A DNA stretch of 64,000 bases from the human T2T-CHM13v2.0 reference genome, Homo sapiens: assembly GCF_009914755.1 (NCBI RefSeq), contig NC_060942.1; one strand, 5' to 3'. A program made the translations under genes and the position numbers. The notes beneath the pieces were generated by a model. That model did not search any database. It had not been told where the DNA came from and saw only the letters and a program-made list of their open reading frames with translations. Below, in pieces: positions 1 to 13,661 of the stretch (positions are counted from its first letter, which is position 1; each line of letters begins with the position of its first letter).

Positions 1-879
1 TAAGATAAAGATGAGTTATTAAATGAAGTCTGAATAGGACTCACTGTGCTCAAATTTTATCATCTCACCAGTGGTGTAAATATTATGAATGAAAGCCAGG
101 AACATATGGCTTAAAACTCAATAACACAGGCAATGAGGCAAAATATCCCTGTATCTATGTGCTATCCAAAATTAGAAGTTAGATTCCTATCCCTCCCTGA
201 AGAGAACATATTTCTGATGTTTGTTATGAAATTTATGAAGAAATGGGGCTTATTTTTCGTGATTTTTATTTACAGCCTATTTTGCTCACATATACCTCTT
301 TTGTAAAGCAAGCACACCTAGAGCATACAGAGGCCACAGGGGTGTACCTTTCTTCATAGCTGTTCACAGTAAAATATATTTGCTGGGGCAAAAAATAGTC
401 TTTTACCAGAAATCTAACAGAACAAAAATGCTCATTTTCTTATGCGTTACTTTAATATCTTCTCTCCTATGTCAGAAACACACAATCTTCTCTTCTATCA
501 CTAGGTAAAATATGCAAAAGATTTGAATGGCAATTCACAGGAAAACATTTTTCATTTCGTTTGCATGAGTGCAGTTGTGAGGCTAAACAAAACTCAGGTA
601 CTATTGAAAATTTAAAGTCTCCCTAATGAAAAAATAGATTTTAAGGTCAAGTAAAAACAACAGAAATTACTAATTATCTGCTGTAATTAAAAAAATTACT
701 TCATGAGTACTGTCTTGTAACATTTCTTCTTCAAAGACACTGCCTATAAGTGCTCTATTAACTTAACCACTTCTGTGTTTGCATTTATCTGTGAGCAAAG
801 GTAAAATCCATGGACTAGGGAGAATTACACACATGAGTTATCAATCTGTGTCAGTATTTGCAACACTATTTGCTACACA

Positions 880-1220
880 TCCTTTCTCTTTTCCTTTTTT
901 CAGTTTTCTGTTCCTCTTACCTTCACTTAATTTGTCTTTGCCATTTATATTTCTTCCAATTCTTTTTTCTTTTTCTCTGATTCTTTTTGTCTTTTTCTTT
1001 CTTTTCTCTTTGATCTTTATACTTCTCAGCTCTCCCATTAACTTCTCTTTTCTTACTTCCCACATATCTTCTGTTTTTATTTTTTCTTGTTTCAAAAGAT
1101 CCCCTCTCACGTGTGTTTTATATTTTATTTCATTACCTGTTTAGTCTAGTCATTTCTTCCTCAATTTACTTTTTCCCCTTTCCATTTCCTCTGCCGCCTC
1201 TCTCTCTCACCTCTGGTCTC
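880..1220. repeat. Low-complexity CT-rich (polypyrimidine) tract
   Basis: Long T/C-rich run; produces the spurious F/L/S-rich and K/R/E-rich ORFs at 779-1144 and 841-1110. Confidence 0.8.
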
Positions 1221-1703
1221 ACTAGAAGGAGGAAACACTTTTCCTTGCACACATCAATTGGTTAAAACCCTTTGCTGCTCTAGTGTAACTGAATTTTACA
1301 ACTGTCCACATATTTTCTCCTAAACAATAACTTTTGACTAGCTGCACATAAGTTGACCAATACCCAATGACTGTCCCCCAACCCCCAGCCAAAAGAAAAG
1401 AGAAACAAAAACCCACAAATATGTCTGAGTGTATTAATCAGTTTGAATGTACCCATAGACTTATTAAACTAAAGATGAGAACATTTAACTGGTCAGACCT
1501 ACTACCTCTTTAAAATCACTACTTCTGTCAAAATGAAATATGACGTGGCAAAGTCGCTGCCTATGCCAGAGCAAGTAACACTCAGGGTTTAAAAGAAATT
1601 TAAAGGAAATGCTAAAACAAATCATTTTGGAAATACCACCTTCTAATCAAAAGCTAGAAACCAAGAGGTGTGTTTTCTCATATATCACTGCTTAGTTGAT
1701 ATA

Positions 1704-2023
1704 CAGCCGTTCTTTGGCATCTGTGGGGAATCCATTCTAGGATCTCTCAAGGATACCAAAATTGAAGATGCTAAGTCTCTGATATAAAATTGTGTAGTAT
1801 TTGCATATAACTCATACAGATCCTCTCATATCCTTTAAATAAACTCTAGATTACTTATAATACCTAATACAATGTAAATGCTGTGCAAATAGTTTTTATG
1901 CTGTATTTTTAAAAATTGCATTATTTTTATTGTTATTTTGTGGTTTTTTTTTTCCTAAATATTTTCTTTTCCTGTTTGGTTGAATTCACTGATGTGAAAC
2001 CCACAGATAGGAAGGGCCTACTG
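1704..2023 (+). mobile_element. MER2 (TcMar-Tigger non-autonomous DNA transposon)
   Basis: Begins cagccgttctttggcatctgtgggg and ends cccacagataggaagggcctactg (degenerate terminal inverted repeats); internal gataccaaaat...gtagtatttgcatataac...ctagattacttataatacctaatacaatgtaaatgct matches MER2. Confidence 0.85.
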
Positions 2024-2439
2024 CACTTTAAAAAGTGATAAGTTTTTAATTTATTATTTTGTTCCCCTTTGTTATTTTTGCCCGGGTTTTTCTGTGGTCT
2101 TGATTGAACTTAGCTGTCATTTAAGAAACAAAATAGCAATTAATTAGGTGATTAATAAAATAAGATGCTATATCAAATTTTATGAATGGGCATATTAAAA
2201 AGGAAGGCTTTCCAACATGGATCTCAAATTAGACCCAAAATAATACGTTCCTCACAGAGTTGCTAGGAGAAATAGGACCCTCTGTAACTTCTTGTATGGT
2301 ATGATAGCCAATACCACAAGAGATGCAATTCATTTGATTTGAAATTCAGTAATTTGTATCAAATGAAACTGTTCATTCTGATATCTGACTGACTTAAATA
2401 TCTAATTTGCCATTATATAGAATATTTTGGGCTGCTACC

Positions 2440-5390
2440 CAAGAAAGAAGCAGTCTCAAAAATTTAAATGTATAAAAATGAAATCATAAGAAAATAGAGG
2501 AAGAAAATGTGGGTGAGTTTGTAAATAAACCTGGAATAGGATTTCTGAACACGGCATTAAAAATAAAAAAGAAGCCCTAGAGTAAATGACTGACAAATTT
2601 GGCTGCAGAGAAATTTAGTAAAAAAACCCTTAAATCTAAATTTAAAAAGAAACCCAAACGATAAAAATAGAGACAATATTTGCAATAAGTCAAATTTATG
2701 GGGGTGAAGGGAATGTTCATTGTCTTGAATGTGGTAATGATTTCAGGGTTGTATACATATGTGAAAATTTATTAAATTGTATACAATAAATATGGGACAT
2801 ATATCATATGTCATTTTTATCTCAATAAAAAGTTAAACAACATGGAACAGTCAAAACCTAATTTCTTCTTATACGAAACCATAGAAAAAGTCACCCCAAT
2901 AAGTGGGCAAAGATTTGAATAGGCAATTTACAGTAAAAGAAAAGTTTCTCATAAACCTATGAAAAGGTGGTCAACTTTCTTATAATTAAAGAAATGCAAA
3001 ATGTACTCCAGGTACATTTTTCCCCAACAGATTAAGAGTATAAGCTTGATGCTGACTAAAGCAGACACATTCCATTGGAAGATCATTAATTAGGAACAAC
3101 CACTTGGAAAACAAATTATTATCATCTCCTCAAATTTAAAATCGACATGCATACATCTATCAATATGGCGTATTAGGTATGCTGAAAGCTGTCCCACTGC
3201 AAAGCATCTATAAATGCCAAATAAACTATAATTAATGTCCTTTAAAATGAACAGTTGGAATAAGAAAAATGAAATGGAAATGCTCAGTAATCAGATACAA
3301 AGGGGGAGCAGAAAGCTAACGTGGTGATTCTGAAGGTTGTCCTGAAGGAGTCTGCCAATCTCAATACTCTAGAGTTTTAGGTTCCATGGCTATGCGAGGG
3401 ACTGTGGCTGGGGCTTTGTGTCAATATAGGAGGGGAATGGGGCTTGAGATTTCTGCATAAACTGGGGCCTTTCAATGTTGGGGAAAGAATGGACTAGAAA
3501 ACTTCCAAAAAAAAAAAAAAGAAACAAAAAAAAAATGAAGAAGACAAGGGAACTTGACAGTCTTGTCCTGTGCCCTCAGTGCAAACAAAACAACAACAAA
3601 AAGTAACACTATCAACAAAAAATTTCTTTTAAGAATTTGTATTGACAAGCCTGCCATCACATAGGTTTGGGATCCAAATTTGTACTACTTGGGCAATCTA
3701 GAAAATCCCAATCTGAGAATTTACTTTAAAGTAGCTTCAGTTTGGTAATACTTTTGGGTGCATGACTCTAGCAAAGAAAAATCTCTCTGAAATAAGGCCG
3801 CAAAAAAACCTCCCACATGTAAAGCCCACTTGAGCTTGGTTTTATAATCTAAAATGACCAAGATACAAGCTACTATATGGTAAGCAGAAAGAAAAAAGGG
3901 CAGAATTAGACCCTGAAGGGCACCGGATATAAAAATTACAAATAAAGACAAAATAAATTTGTTTAGTAAGTTTAAAGGAGGAAAAAATAATAATTAAAAA
4001 CATGAACACAAAAGATATGGTTGTATTTAACAAAAACGCTTGATAAAGAACTAAATATAGCTTCTAGGTAAAAAAATATATAAACACTGCCATAAATGCT
4101 CAAGAATGTTAAGCAGCAGATTAGAAAAAAAATAGATTTGTAAACCGAAGCGCAGATTTAAGAACAATTACACAAAATATGATACAGAGACAAAAGAAAA
4201 GATAACATAAGAGGTTAGGCAACATGGAGGTTAGGATGAGAAGATGCAAAATTCTTTCGGTGTTTCAGAGGAAGATAATTGAAAGAATAAGGGAGAAGGA
4301 ATGTTTGAAGAAGTAACAACAGAGAATGTTCTAGTATCGATGAAAGACTCAAATCTTCACGTTCAGTAAATTCAATAAAACCCAAGCAGAAAAATAAAAA
4401 TAAATTCGCCTTTAAATATACTGTTAGTAAAACTCTGAAACATTAAAGCAGAAGAGTTCTCTTCTTAAGAAGTTCTTAAGATGAGTTCTCTTCTTAAAAT
4501 GGGCCACAGAACTGAGACAACTAGAAAGAATACAGACTTCCAAACAATGAACAGAGGAATCTGAAGAGCTGAATCTCTTCAAAGTCTTGAGAGAAAATCA
4601 CCATTAACTTAGAATTATATACCCAGCTAAGTATAGTTCAGACAGAAGTTAGATACTTTGTAAAGTAAAATATGCATGTTAAAATTTTAAAGGTGATGAT
4701 CAATCTGGGTAATTGGGACACCCATCACCTCTTTGATCATTACACATTGTATGCTTGTATTAAAATATCACATCTACCCTATCAATATGTAGAACTATTA
4801 TATATCATTAAAAATTAAAAATAAATTAGCAAAAAGATGCTATGCTTTTCAAATTTGTCTGACTTTGGAGGACAATGTGATACTGACTATAAAAGATGAA
4901 CATATATGTACATTAAGAGTATTCATAAAAGGGTTTAGTGCCACAGGGAAAAAATGAAACCACTGATATTTCCATCAATAGGATAGTTAAATCAATTGTG
5001 ACATTTTAACACAATGGAATAGTACAAGGTGTTAAAAGTAAAAAATAAAAAAAAGAAACTGGAGCTATAGGTCAACATAATTGAATATCACAAACAGAAT
5101 TTTCTACAAAATAGAAGTTGATGATGAACCAATGCCATTACACCATTTGTATGAAATATAAAATAATTAAAAATACTGTTTATTTTTAGGGATATTTAGT
5201 GAAAATATAAAGAAGTTCATTGAAATGGCAAATGTTATTTAAAAAATTGGTTTTCTGTCTTGGGTAGAGAGGGGATACATTCAGAAAGAGGTACTCAAGG
5301 AGTTTTTGAAGTAGGGATAGGTGTAGGGTTTCATTTTGTTATAGTTAATATCCTCTTATATTAATAAATATTTCATAGTTGATATAAAAA
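2440..5390 (+). mobile_element. Mosaic of old L1M/L1ME fragments (ORF2 3' end, 5'/ORF1 region, 3' UTRs)
   Basis: gtgggcaaagatttgaataggcaattt (L1 ORF2 end); ORF1-like ttagaattatatacccagctaag; L1MA-type 3' tail at ~4710-4830. Confidence 0.65.
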
Positions 5391-5459
5391 TGGTAAAGCA
5401 CATATAAGTTGCTCTAACAATTTCATTGATATCAATCTCTGCTGCAGACCTTCTGAGAA

Positions 5460-6405
5460 TACATTTTAAATTGTATGTTTTTATGCACCTACTAGGATTT
5501 ACCATCATCTTCCCATGGCATCTTTTCCCATCACATTTACCTCTGATCCACTAGGTCTGTAGGATTACGTGACCTAAGTAGCAAGTGGCCTATAGCATAT
5601 CTGGGACCTGTGTAGAGATCTATTTTTCCTTTAAGTTCCACTCAGACCTAGCGGCCTTCCTTGACACTCTTGAATGGGTCAGAAGAGCATTCCCAAGTGT
5701 AGAATATGTCCCTACTGGTCATTATGCTCCCATTTTAGTGATAAGCAAGACTCAATAATTTGTCCTTATGTTAGAGGGGAAGTCCCAGCATGTTTGAGGC
5801 TACTAGACGACTAAGAACATCACTGTTTAACTTACTTGCCTCCTTTTATTCAGTTCATCGAATTAACATGATGTCATCGATAGAACGAATCAATGAGATG
5901 TCCTACAGAATGTCCAGACCACTCAGGTCCCCATCAGGCCTATTGTCTTGGAGTAGCAGACTTGTAGGGGTTGAGAATTCAATCTTCTCTTTCACCCTTG
6001 TAATTAAGTATTTCACCTTTTTCTGCCCTTTGACTACAGGATATGAGAGCCTTCAGATGCTGCCTAGGAGGTCCTCTAGCTTCCACATTTTGCCTAAATT
6101 TGTGATTAATTCAATGTGTCAATACCTGCCAGCAGTATTTCATAGATCTTATAATTACTACTCCCCTTCCCCATCCAGCACCTTGAATGTTCCCGAGATA
6201 TATTTCCTTTTATCAGAAACTCACTCAGTTTACCATTGGTTTAGAGGACATAATATCTGTCATCTCAGTTTAGTGATCCGCTACAGGAAGCCAGGTGCTA
6301 TCAGGACTTCACTGTTCACCAGTGACAGTGTCCTCATTGCCAGCCAGTGAATGACCCAGTTTCAAAATTCCATTTCAGAGTCTGTTCTTGTGTACTACTT
6401 CTGGT
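5460..6405 (-). mobile_element. ERVL-class internal sequence remnant (5' internal/gag region)
   Basis: Reverse strand begins taccagaagtagtacacaagaacagactctgaaatggaattttg...cactggctggcaatgaggac, typical of an ERVL internal start, directly abutting an LTR. Confidence 0.6.
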
Positions 6406-6855
6406 ATTAACCTTCATAGCTTTGTTTCCCTAGAGAACAGATTATAAAATGAAAATTTGCATGCCAGTGATTTGTTGGGGGTGTGCCCTCAGAAGTAACA
6501 CCGATAAAGGAGTGAGTGAAGTAGGTGAAGGCAAAAGGCAGAGCTGAGTTGTGATGCAGCTGCAAAAGAGACTTCAGTCAACCTTCTGGAAATCTCTGTT
6601 GTTGAGATGACCATTCAGAAATACTGAAATGAAGCAAAAGGTCTGGGACTTCATACTCTCCCATCCACCCTGAGCAATCATTGCACGTGAACTGCCCTTT
6701 GGAAGGAGTTAACATTTGGCAGTTCTCTTTGTCCAACGGCGTTTCTTGGGGAGAGCCTAGGTCGTGAGTCCTCAGCACTCAACACTATCAGCAACGGGGG
6801 GAATGAGTGCCTCAGTCCTGAAAAAGGTTTGATTGACACACTACAGTCTCCACTA
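6406..6855 (-). mobile_element. ERVL LTR (LTR16/LTR33-like)
   Basis: tttgtttccctagagaacaga...atttgcatgccagtgatttgttgggg...gagctgagttgtgatgcag pattern of old ERVL LTRs. Confidence 0.6.
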
Positions 6856-9800
6856 GAAGTAGAGAAGCAAAGAGGAGTAGAGTTTTAATTCTCTCTTTTC
6901 TCTGTCATGTATCTAGATGGTAAAGACAAAGTTTAAATTTTTTGCAATGTGCATATTTTCATTTATTTTAAAAATTATTTTGCAAAATAAAGAAGGAAAA
7001 AAAGGATGAGGAGAGGTCAAGCAAGGAGAAGAAGAGGAGAGGTCAAGAAGGAGGAGAGGGAGATAGTCTTGATTTAGCTTAAATGATAATCTCAAGTATA
7101 AATTAAATGTGTCCTTGGCAAAGAGGCCTGACCATGCTAAATGAAGTGGCAGTAGGTACTGCTGAAACCTTACATTTAATTATATTTATATATCTGCATG
7201 TTTTACTGTTAGTTCATTTCATAATGAAGGAAACACTGCAAAAATCAAAACCCTTTGAAAATACATAAAAACCTGTGTTTTGTAAAGGCCAATGGAATGA
7301 ACATAGGACATCAAACATAAGCCAGCAGGAAAGAATGTAGAAGTAGAACTGGCTACATTTAACATTTATAATTGTTACAAGATACTTTGCCTCTTCATGA
7401 AGAAACCACACATTGAAATGGTAAATAGAAATGTTTCTGATGTTGTTTTTTGATAGATGCGATATTTTGTGTGTGCTAGTTACTGCAGATAACTTTAAAA
7501 GCTGTAGAATAATTGGGGGATGTAAACCAAAATGTATACTGTCATCATGCAGGTTCTAAACCATATGAATGATATGAATAAAATAATACAGTATTATTGT
7601 TTTCATTTGAGAAATAATTTTTCATGATTAATTTGATTGTGGAGCAATAGAGAGTTACAAAATCATAAAAGAGATATTCTTAAAAACTGAATATGCTTAA
7701 AATAAAAAAGAGAAACTTAAACTATTATAGAATTGTCAATACCTTAGTATGCTATCCAATACGAAAATGGGCATTATCAGAAAAGGTTTTTGCAAAATAT
7801 GCCAAAAATCAACAGTGTAAGACAAATTCCTTCATCTCCTTCTTTTTTTCAACTTTTCTTGTAATGTTTTCTCTCCTTTCAACCTCTTCTTTCTCCTTAT
7901 TTTATTTCTCATTAACTTATTCGTTCAGTAATTCTTCATACATTAGTGGAATACCATAACAAAATTAAGTCAGTAAAAGATAGCATTGTAGATCTTTTGA
8001 TAAAAGACATATTTAATATAAATTATCAGGGTGGAAATTTGTAATTACTAGAGGAACAAATGGGAGGAAGATGGTATTACTGAAAGATTAGGAACTGAAA
8101 TGAGGCTATTTTTGTGTCCACAGGAGCCTGTTTTAATATGCCTCTTGTTGCCACACAGCTGCAAAGAGGCACACATTGTTTTCTGGCTATATTCGGATCA
8201 TAATTCTCTTTTCCTTCAATGCCATTTATTCAATAAGAGTGCACACTAGATTACTGCTGGAATCTGAAGAAGAATATTAAATTATAGTTTCTTTTTCTCT
8301 TCTAATTTTATGCAAATGCCTAATTGTCAGAACTTACAGTGGGACTTTGCTGACAAGAGAGTCTTCTAGCATGTGAAAAGAGGAAAAGCTTAGAAGGGAA
8401 GGAGTAGTGCTAAGTACTAACAGGCAATGTCTGGCAAAATTCACCCCTGGTTGTTTAGTGTCTGTGCATGCTCTTCTTTGCGTGTCAGTTGCTCTTAACC
8501 TTTGTATGTTCATTGCCACCATCCTTCTTATAAAAAAGAACGGTCACAATGGCCACAAAGTGAGGTGGCCACAAACCCCACCCATCACTGTGTTACTATG
8601 TGACTTTTGTCAGGTTCTCACCTTTTTAGTCACAATCTTACTTGTGACTAAATGTTATAATCTAAAGTGCAAATTATATAGTTCTGCTTCCAGCAAAGAT
8701 GAAGTAACAGGGACTAGCTTTACCTACTGCCTGAATCAACTGAAAAAGAAACCAAAATGTGGAACAATGGCTCTCATGACATTGAACATCCCCCAAAAAA
8801 GTTAGGTGATACTTAATATAAAGGAAACAGTGTCCAAAGCTCACATAACACCAGGAGTAGCACTTGTTTCAAATAGCTAGAGTAGAAAACTTCAGAATTT
8901 ACTGAGCATTAAGTAGAGTATAAAGTGTCTTGCTTTAATACTGGGAAAAACTAATTCTTGACTAAATGCTGCTATGCTCCACCTAACAAGGCTTACAAGC
9001 AAGACCCCCAGGTGTCAATCCATTTTCAAATAACTTTTTTGCATCCCAGAACGAAGCTCAATAATATTTATAGGCATACAAGAATATCTAGCAACTAATA
9101 AGGTAACATTCACATTTAGCATTCATTTAAAAGTTACTAGCCATGCAAAGAAGTGAGAAAATACAATCCATGATTAGAAGAAAAATCATTCACTTGAAAC
9201 TGATGTAGCAATTACATGGATGATAGAATTAGTAGACAAGCAAATTACAAAAATTACTATAATTGTGTTTCATACACTCAAGAAGCTAGAGGAAAGAATA
9301 AATGTTACATAGACACATATAAAATAAAAAGGAGACCCAAAATGGATATCTACATATGTAAGTTACAATTTCTAAGATGAAAAAATGCACTGCATGTGAT
9401 TATCAGCAGATTAGATAATGAAGAAGAAAAGATAGGTGAACTTGAAGACACAGAGGACATGGAGGGGTGAGGCAAAAAAAATCTGTAAAAAGAATAGCTG
9501 AAGTTGTTCAAATTTGAGAAACATTTTAAATACACAAAGAGTCCAGAAGCTTATTAAACCCCAACACAAGAAAACATAAATAAAACTATTCTAAGGCATG
9601 TAAAAACACAACTAGAGATGATGGAAAAATCTTAAACACAGGGGGAAAAAAAGACACACTATATATAAAGGAAAAAAGATAAGTATGAAAGAAGAGTTCT
9701 TGTTGAAAAAAAAATGTAAGCAGTGCAAATCAAAAGACAGTGAAACAATATCTTTAAGATACTAAAAGAAAAAAAATCAATTTTGAATTATATATCCAGG

Positions 9801-10775
9801 GAAAGTCTTTCAAAAAAGGAGGCAAAATAAAGCCAATGTAAAATATACAAAAGCTATAAGTATTCATTGCCAGTAGACCTGAATAAAAGAAATGGTAAAG
9901 TCAATCCTTCCAACAAAAGGAAGATGATACCAGATAGAACTGTAGATCAATATAAAGGAATGAAGGGCACAGAAATAATTACCTAAGTACATTTAAAGAT
10001 TTTTTTGTTTTTATTATAAATCTTTCTAACAGATAATTGACAGATGTGCACTTTTAACCAAGAGGGAGGAACAGGATTTATTCTTCTATCTGAAACAACC
10101 AATAAATGAACAAAATATATGAAACATTGGCTTTGAAGGCAATGGAAATTAAGCAACAAAAGATAGCAGTCGATATACTAAGGACTTTAAACAAAAGGTT
10201 ATGTTTGCCATACCACATACAAAAAACTGCTTTTAACAGAAAGGCTGAAAGTAAAAAAAAAGAAAAAAAGAATGCTATGCAAATAATAGTAATATAATAA
10301 TAGAAAAAGAAAAAAGCACCTCTACTAAGCCCATTCTAATTCAAGAAAAAGTATAATTTAAATCAAAACAGGTAACTAGAGATAAAGAAGGATATTTAAA
10401 AATTATAAAGGGATACATTTGCTGAGAAGATACTACAATTCTAAATTTTTATGCATTTGGTATTATAACTTCAAAATATATAATACATACACTGACCAAA
10501 CTAAAAAAAAAAATAATTATAACATCATAGTAGAAAGCTTTAACATTGCTCTCTTAATAGCCAATAGAAAATGTAGACAAAAATTCTATGACAGAAGAAA
10601 TCTGTAAAACAAAGTCAACAAAACTGACCTAAGTAACAAGTATAGTGCACATGAAACATTGACCAAAACCGACCGTGTACCGGGATAGAAAGTCTTCGCA
10701 AATATTAGTTTGATATAGTATATTATACTACCACAGAGAAATTTAGTTGGATATCAGTAATAAAAAAGATAAGTG

Positions 10776-11098
<323 letters not shown>

Positions 11099-11521
11099 TT
11101 ATGTTTCCATGCACTAGAAAAGAAAAAAAGATGAAAAATCAATGATTTTATATTCAACCTAAAGAATTTAGAAAAAGAAAAGCAAAACAATATAAAAAAT
11201 AAAGACAAAAGTAGAAATTAATAAGTGAAAAAAATTCTAACCATAAATTAACAATCAAAACGGCACTGTAAAATGAATAACAAAATTTATAAACTCGGAA
11301 TAACTTTGTCAAGAAAAAAGAAAAAATACAAGTTAACAACTTATTAATATCAACAGTTAAAAAGTGGACATCACTGTATATTCTACAGAAATTAAAAACA
11401 AGAAGATATTCTAAACAAGTACACACTGATGTTAGAAATTTAAATGAAATAGACATTAACAAATACAACTTACAGAAACTGACAGAAGAAGAGATCACTT
11501 AAATAGTCCAGTGGCTATTAA

Positions 11522-11825
<304 letters not shown>

Positions 11826-12773
11826 AAAAATTGTACTTTATTTATATATATTTTGAAGAAAACATGAGGCTCAATGACTTCAACAGTAAATTTAGCTAAA
11901 TTAAAAAAAAAAAACCACAACACACCAATATTATAAAAACTCTTGCAGAGAATGGAAAGGGAGAGACCAGTGTAACTCTGAAGTCAAGTCCTGACAAGGA
12001 CAGGAACTAACTTGCAGATTAGTCTCCTTCCTGAACAAAGATACAAAAACTGTAAATACAATATTAGCAAAGAGAATTCAAGAATATTAAAAGGGTAAAT
12101 ATATCACATAAAAGTGGAATACATTTCAAGCATGCCAGAGTGGTTTATTATTTGCAAAACAGAAAATCTAATTCATCATGTTAACACAAAAAGGAAGAAA
12201 AATTGAATGATTATATCGATAAATTTAGTAACAGCACTTGATAAATTCAGAAAGCATTCATAATAAAAACCACAACTCTTGGCAAAGTACATATGGAAGA
12301 AAAGCTTCTTGATATAACAAAGAATTATCAGAGGCATCATATTTTATAGTAAATTGTTGAGACTTTACCCTGAATTGTGCTGGGTATTCAGCACAGTGCA
12401 AAATGGCAATTAAAAGAAGGCAAAGGAATAAGGATTAGAAATAAAGGATCCAAGCTGTCATTATTCTCAAAATAGAATTGTGAAATAAAAAATTTTAAAG
12501 ACTCTATAAATTATTAAAATTAATAAAATGGTTTTAGCGTAGTAATAGGATACACATTAAATATGTAAAAATCAATTTTATAATTTAAACCAAATAACTA
12601 GAAAAATAAATTTTAAAAACCATGTAATTTTCAGTTGTATTAAAAATTATCGAGAAATAGAAATTAAAATGATCTCTACACTGAACAATACAAAATTGAC
12701 AAAAATTAAAAAGACAAAATAAATTAAGTTACATACCGTTCATGGATTGAAAGACACTATATTGTGAATACAT

Positions 12774-13240
12774 TGTGTCAGTTAGAAATCACTGTATAGC
12801 AAACTGCCTCCACATTTAGAGACAAAATAACAACCATTTATCATTGATCATGAGTCTGGTCATGTGGGAAGTTCCGCTGATCTAGGTCATGCTCAGCTTA
12901 TTTTTACTTGCCAGAATGACTAAGATGAAAAAGAGAGTAACAGGTGTTGACTAACATGCATCTATGGTCATCTGGTAGATCAACTGAAATCTGATTGGAG
13001 AATTACTTCACTTACATATTGGACAGATGTCTGGCTTTAATTTGGGCAAGAGATGATAGTAACATAGGGGCATTTGTCTCCCATAATCAACAGACTATCC
13101 CAAGCTTGTTCATATGGTGCCTTGGCCGAGTTCCAAAAGAGAGAAAGTAAACACAATGCTTCTTGAAGCCTAACCTTGTAAAATTTCATTGCAAAAGCAT
13201 GATTATAAGAAAGGATGGAATTTGTGGACCTTTTTTACTT
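12774..13240 (-). mobile_element. MLT1 (ERVL-MaLR LTR, MLT1H-like) inserted in L1M
   Basis: tgtgtcagttag...aacaaccatttatcattgatcatgagtctg...gctgatctagg...ccaagcttgttcatatgg; the L1 sequence resumes after it. Confidence 0.7.
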
Positions 13241-13611
13241 TCTATAAAAGATGTTAGTTCTCTCCAATTTTGTTTATAGTTTCAATGAGTACCAATAAAT
13301 ATCCTGCTTTTTTCTGTGTTGACCTTGACAAGCTAATTCTAAGACTTCTTTTGAAATACAAAGGACCAAAAATAGCCAAGGTGATTTTCAGAAGAGGAAT
13401 CAAACTGAAGGCCTACACTAACAAATAAGAGGATCTATTCAAAAGTTGTGGTAATTAAGATAGTATGTTATTGGTACAAAGATAGGCATCATCTTATTTC
13501 TAACAAAGTCATTTTGTGCAAGGAACCATGGAAACAATAGTCTTTTCAATACATTGTATTGAGTCAATTGAATATTGATATTAAAAAAAGAACATTGAGA
13601 TTCTTACACCA

Positions 13612-13661
13612 TACACACCCACACAGACACACGCACGCACACACGTACACATACACACACA
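13612..13661. repeat. Imperfect (CA)n microsatellite
   Basis: acacacccacacagacacacgcacgcacacacgtacacatacacacac. Confidence 0.8.

Noticed and set aside
779-1144. 121-aa hydrophobic ORF and its antisense K/R-rich ORF
   Set aside because: Products of a low-complexity CT tract; non-ATG start; no gene context.
5790-6350. Longest ORF in the track (186 aa)
   Set aside because: Antisense to a decayed ERVL internal region; no recognisable domain.
7213-7420. Possible exon ending gaaatg|gtaaat
   Set aside because: Weak splice sites and stops in all frames.
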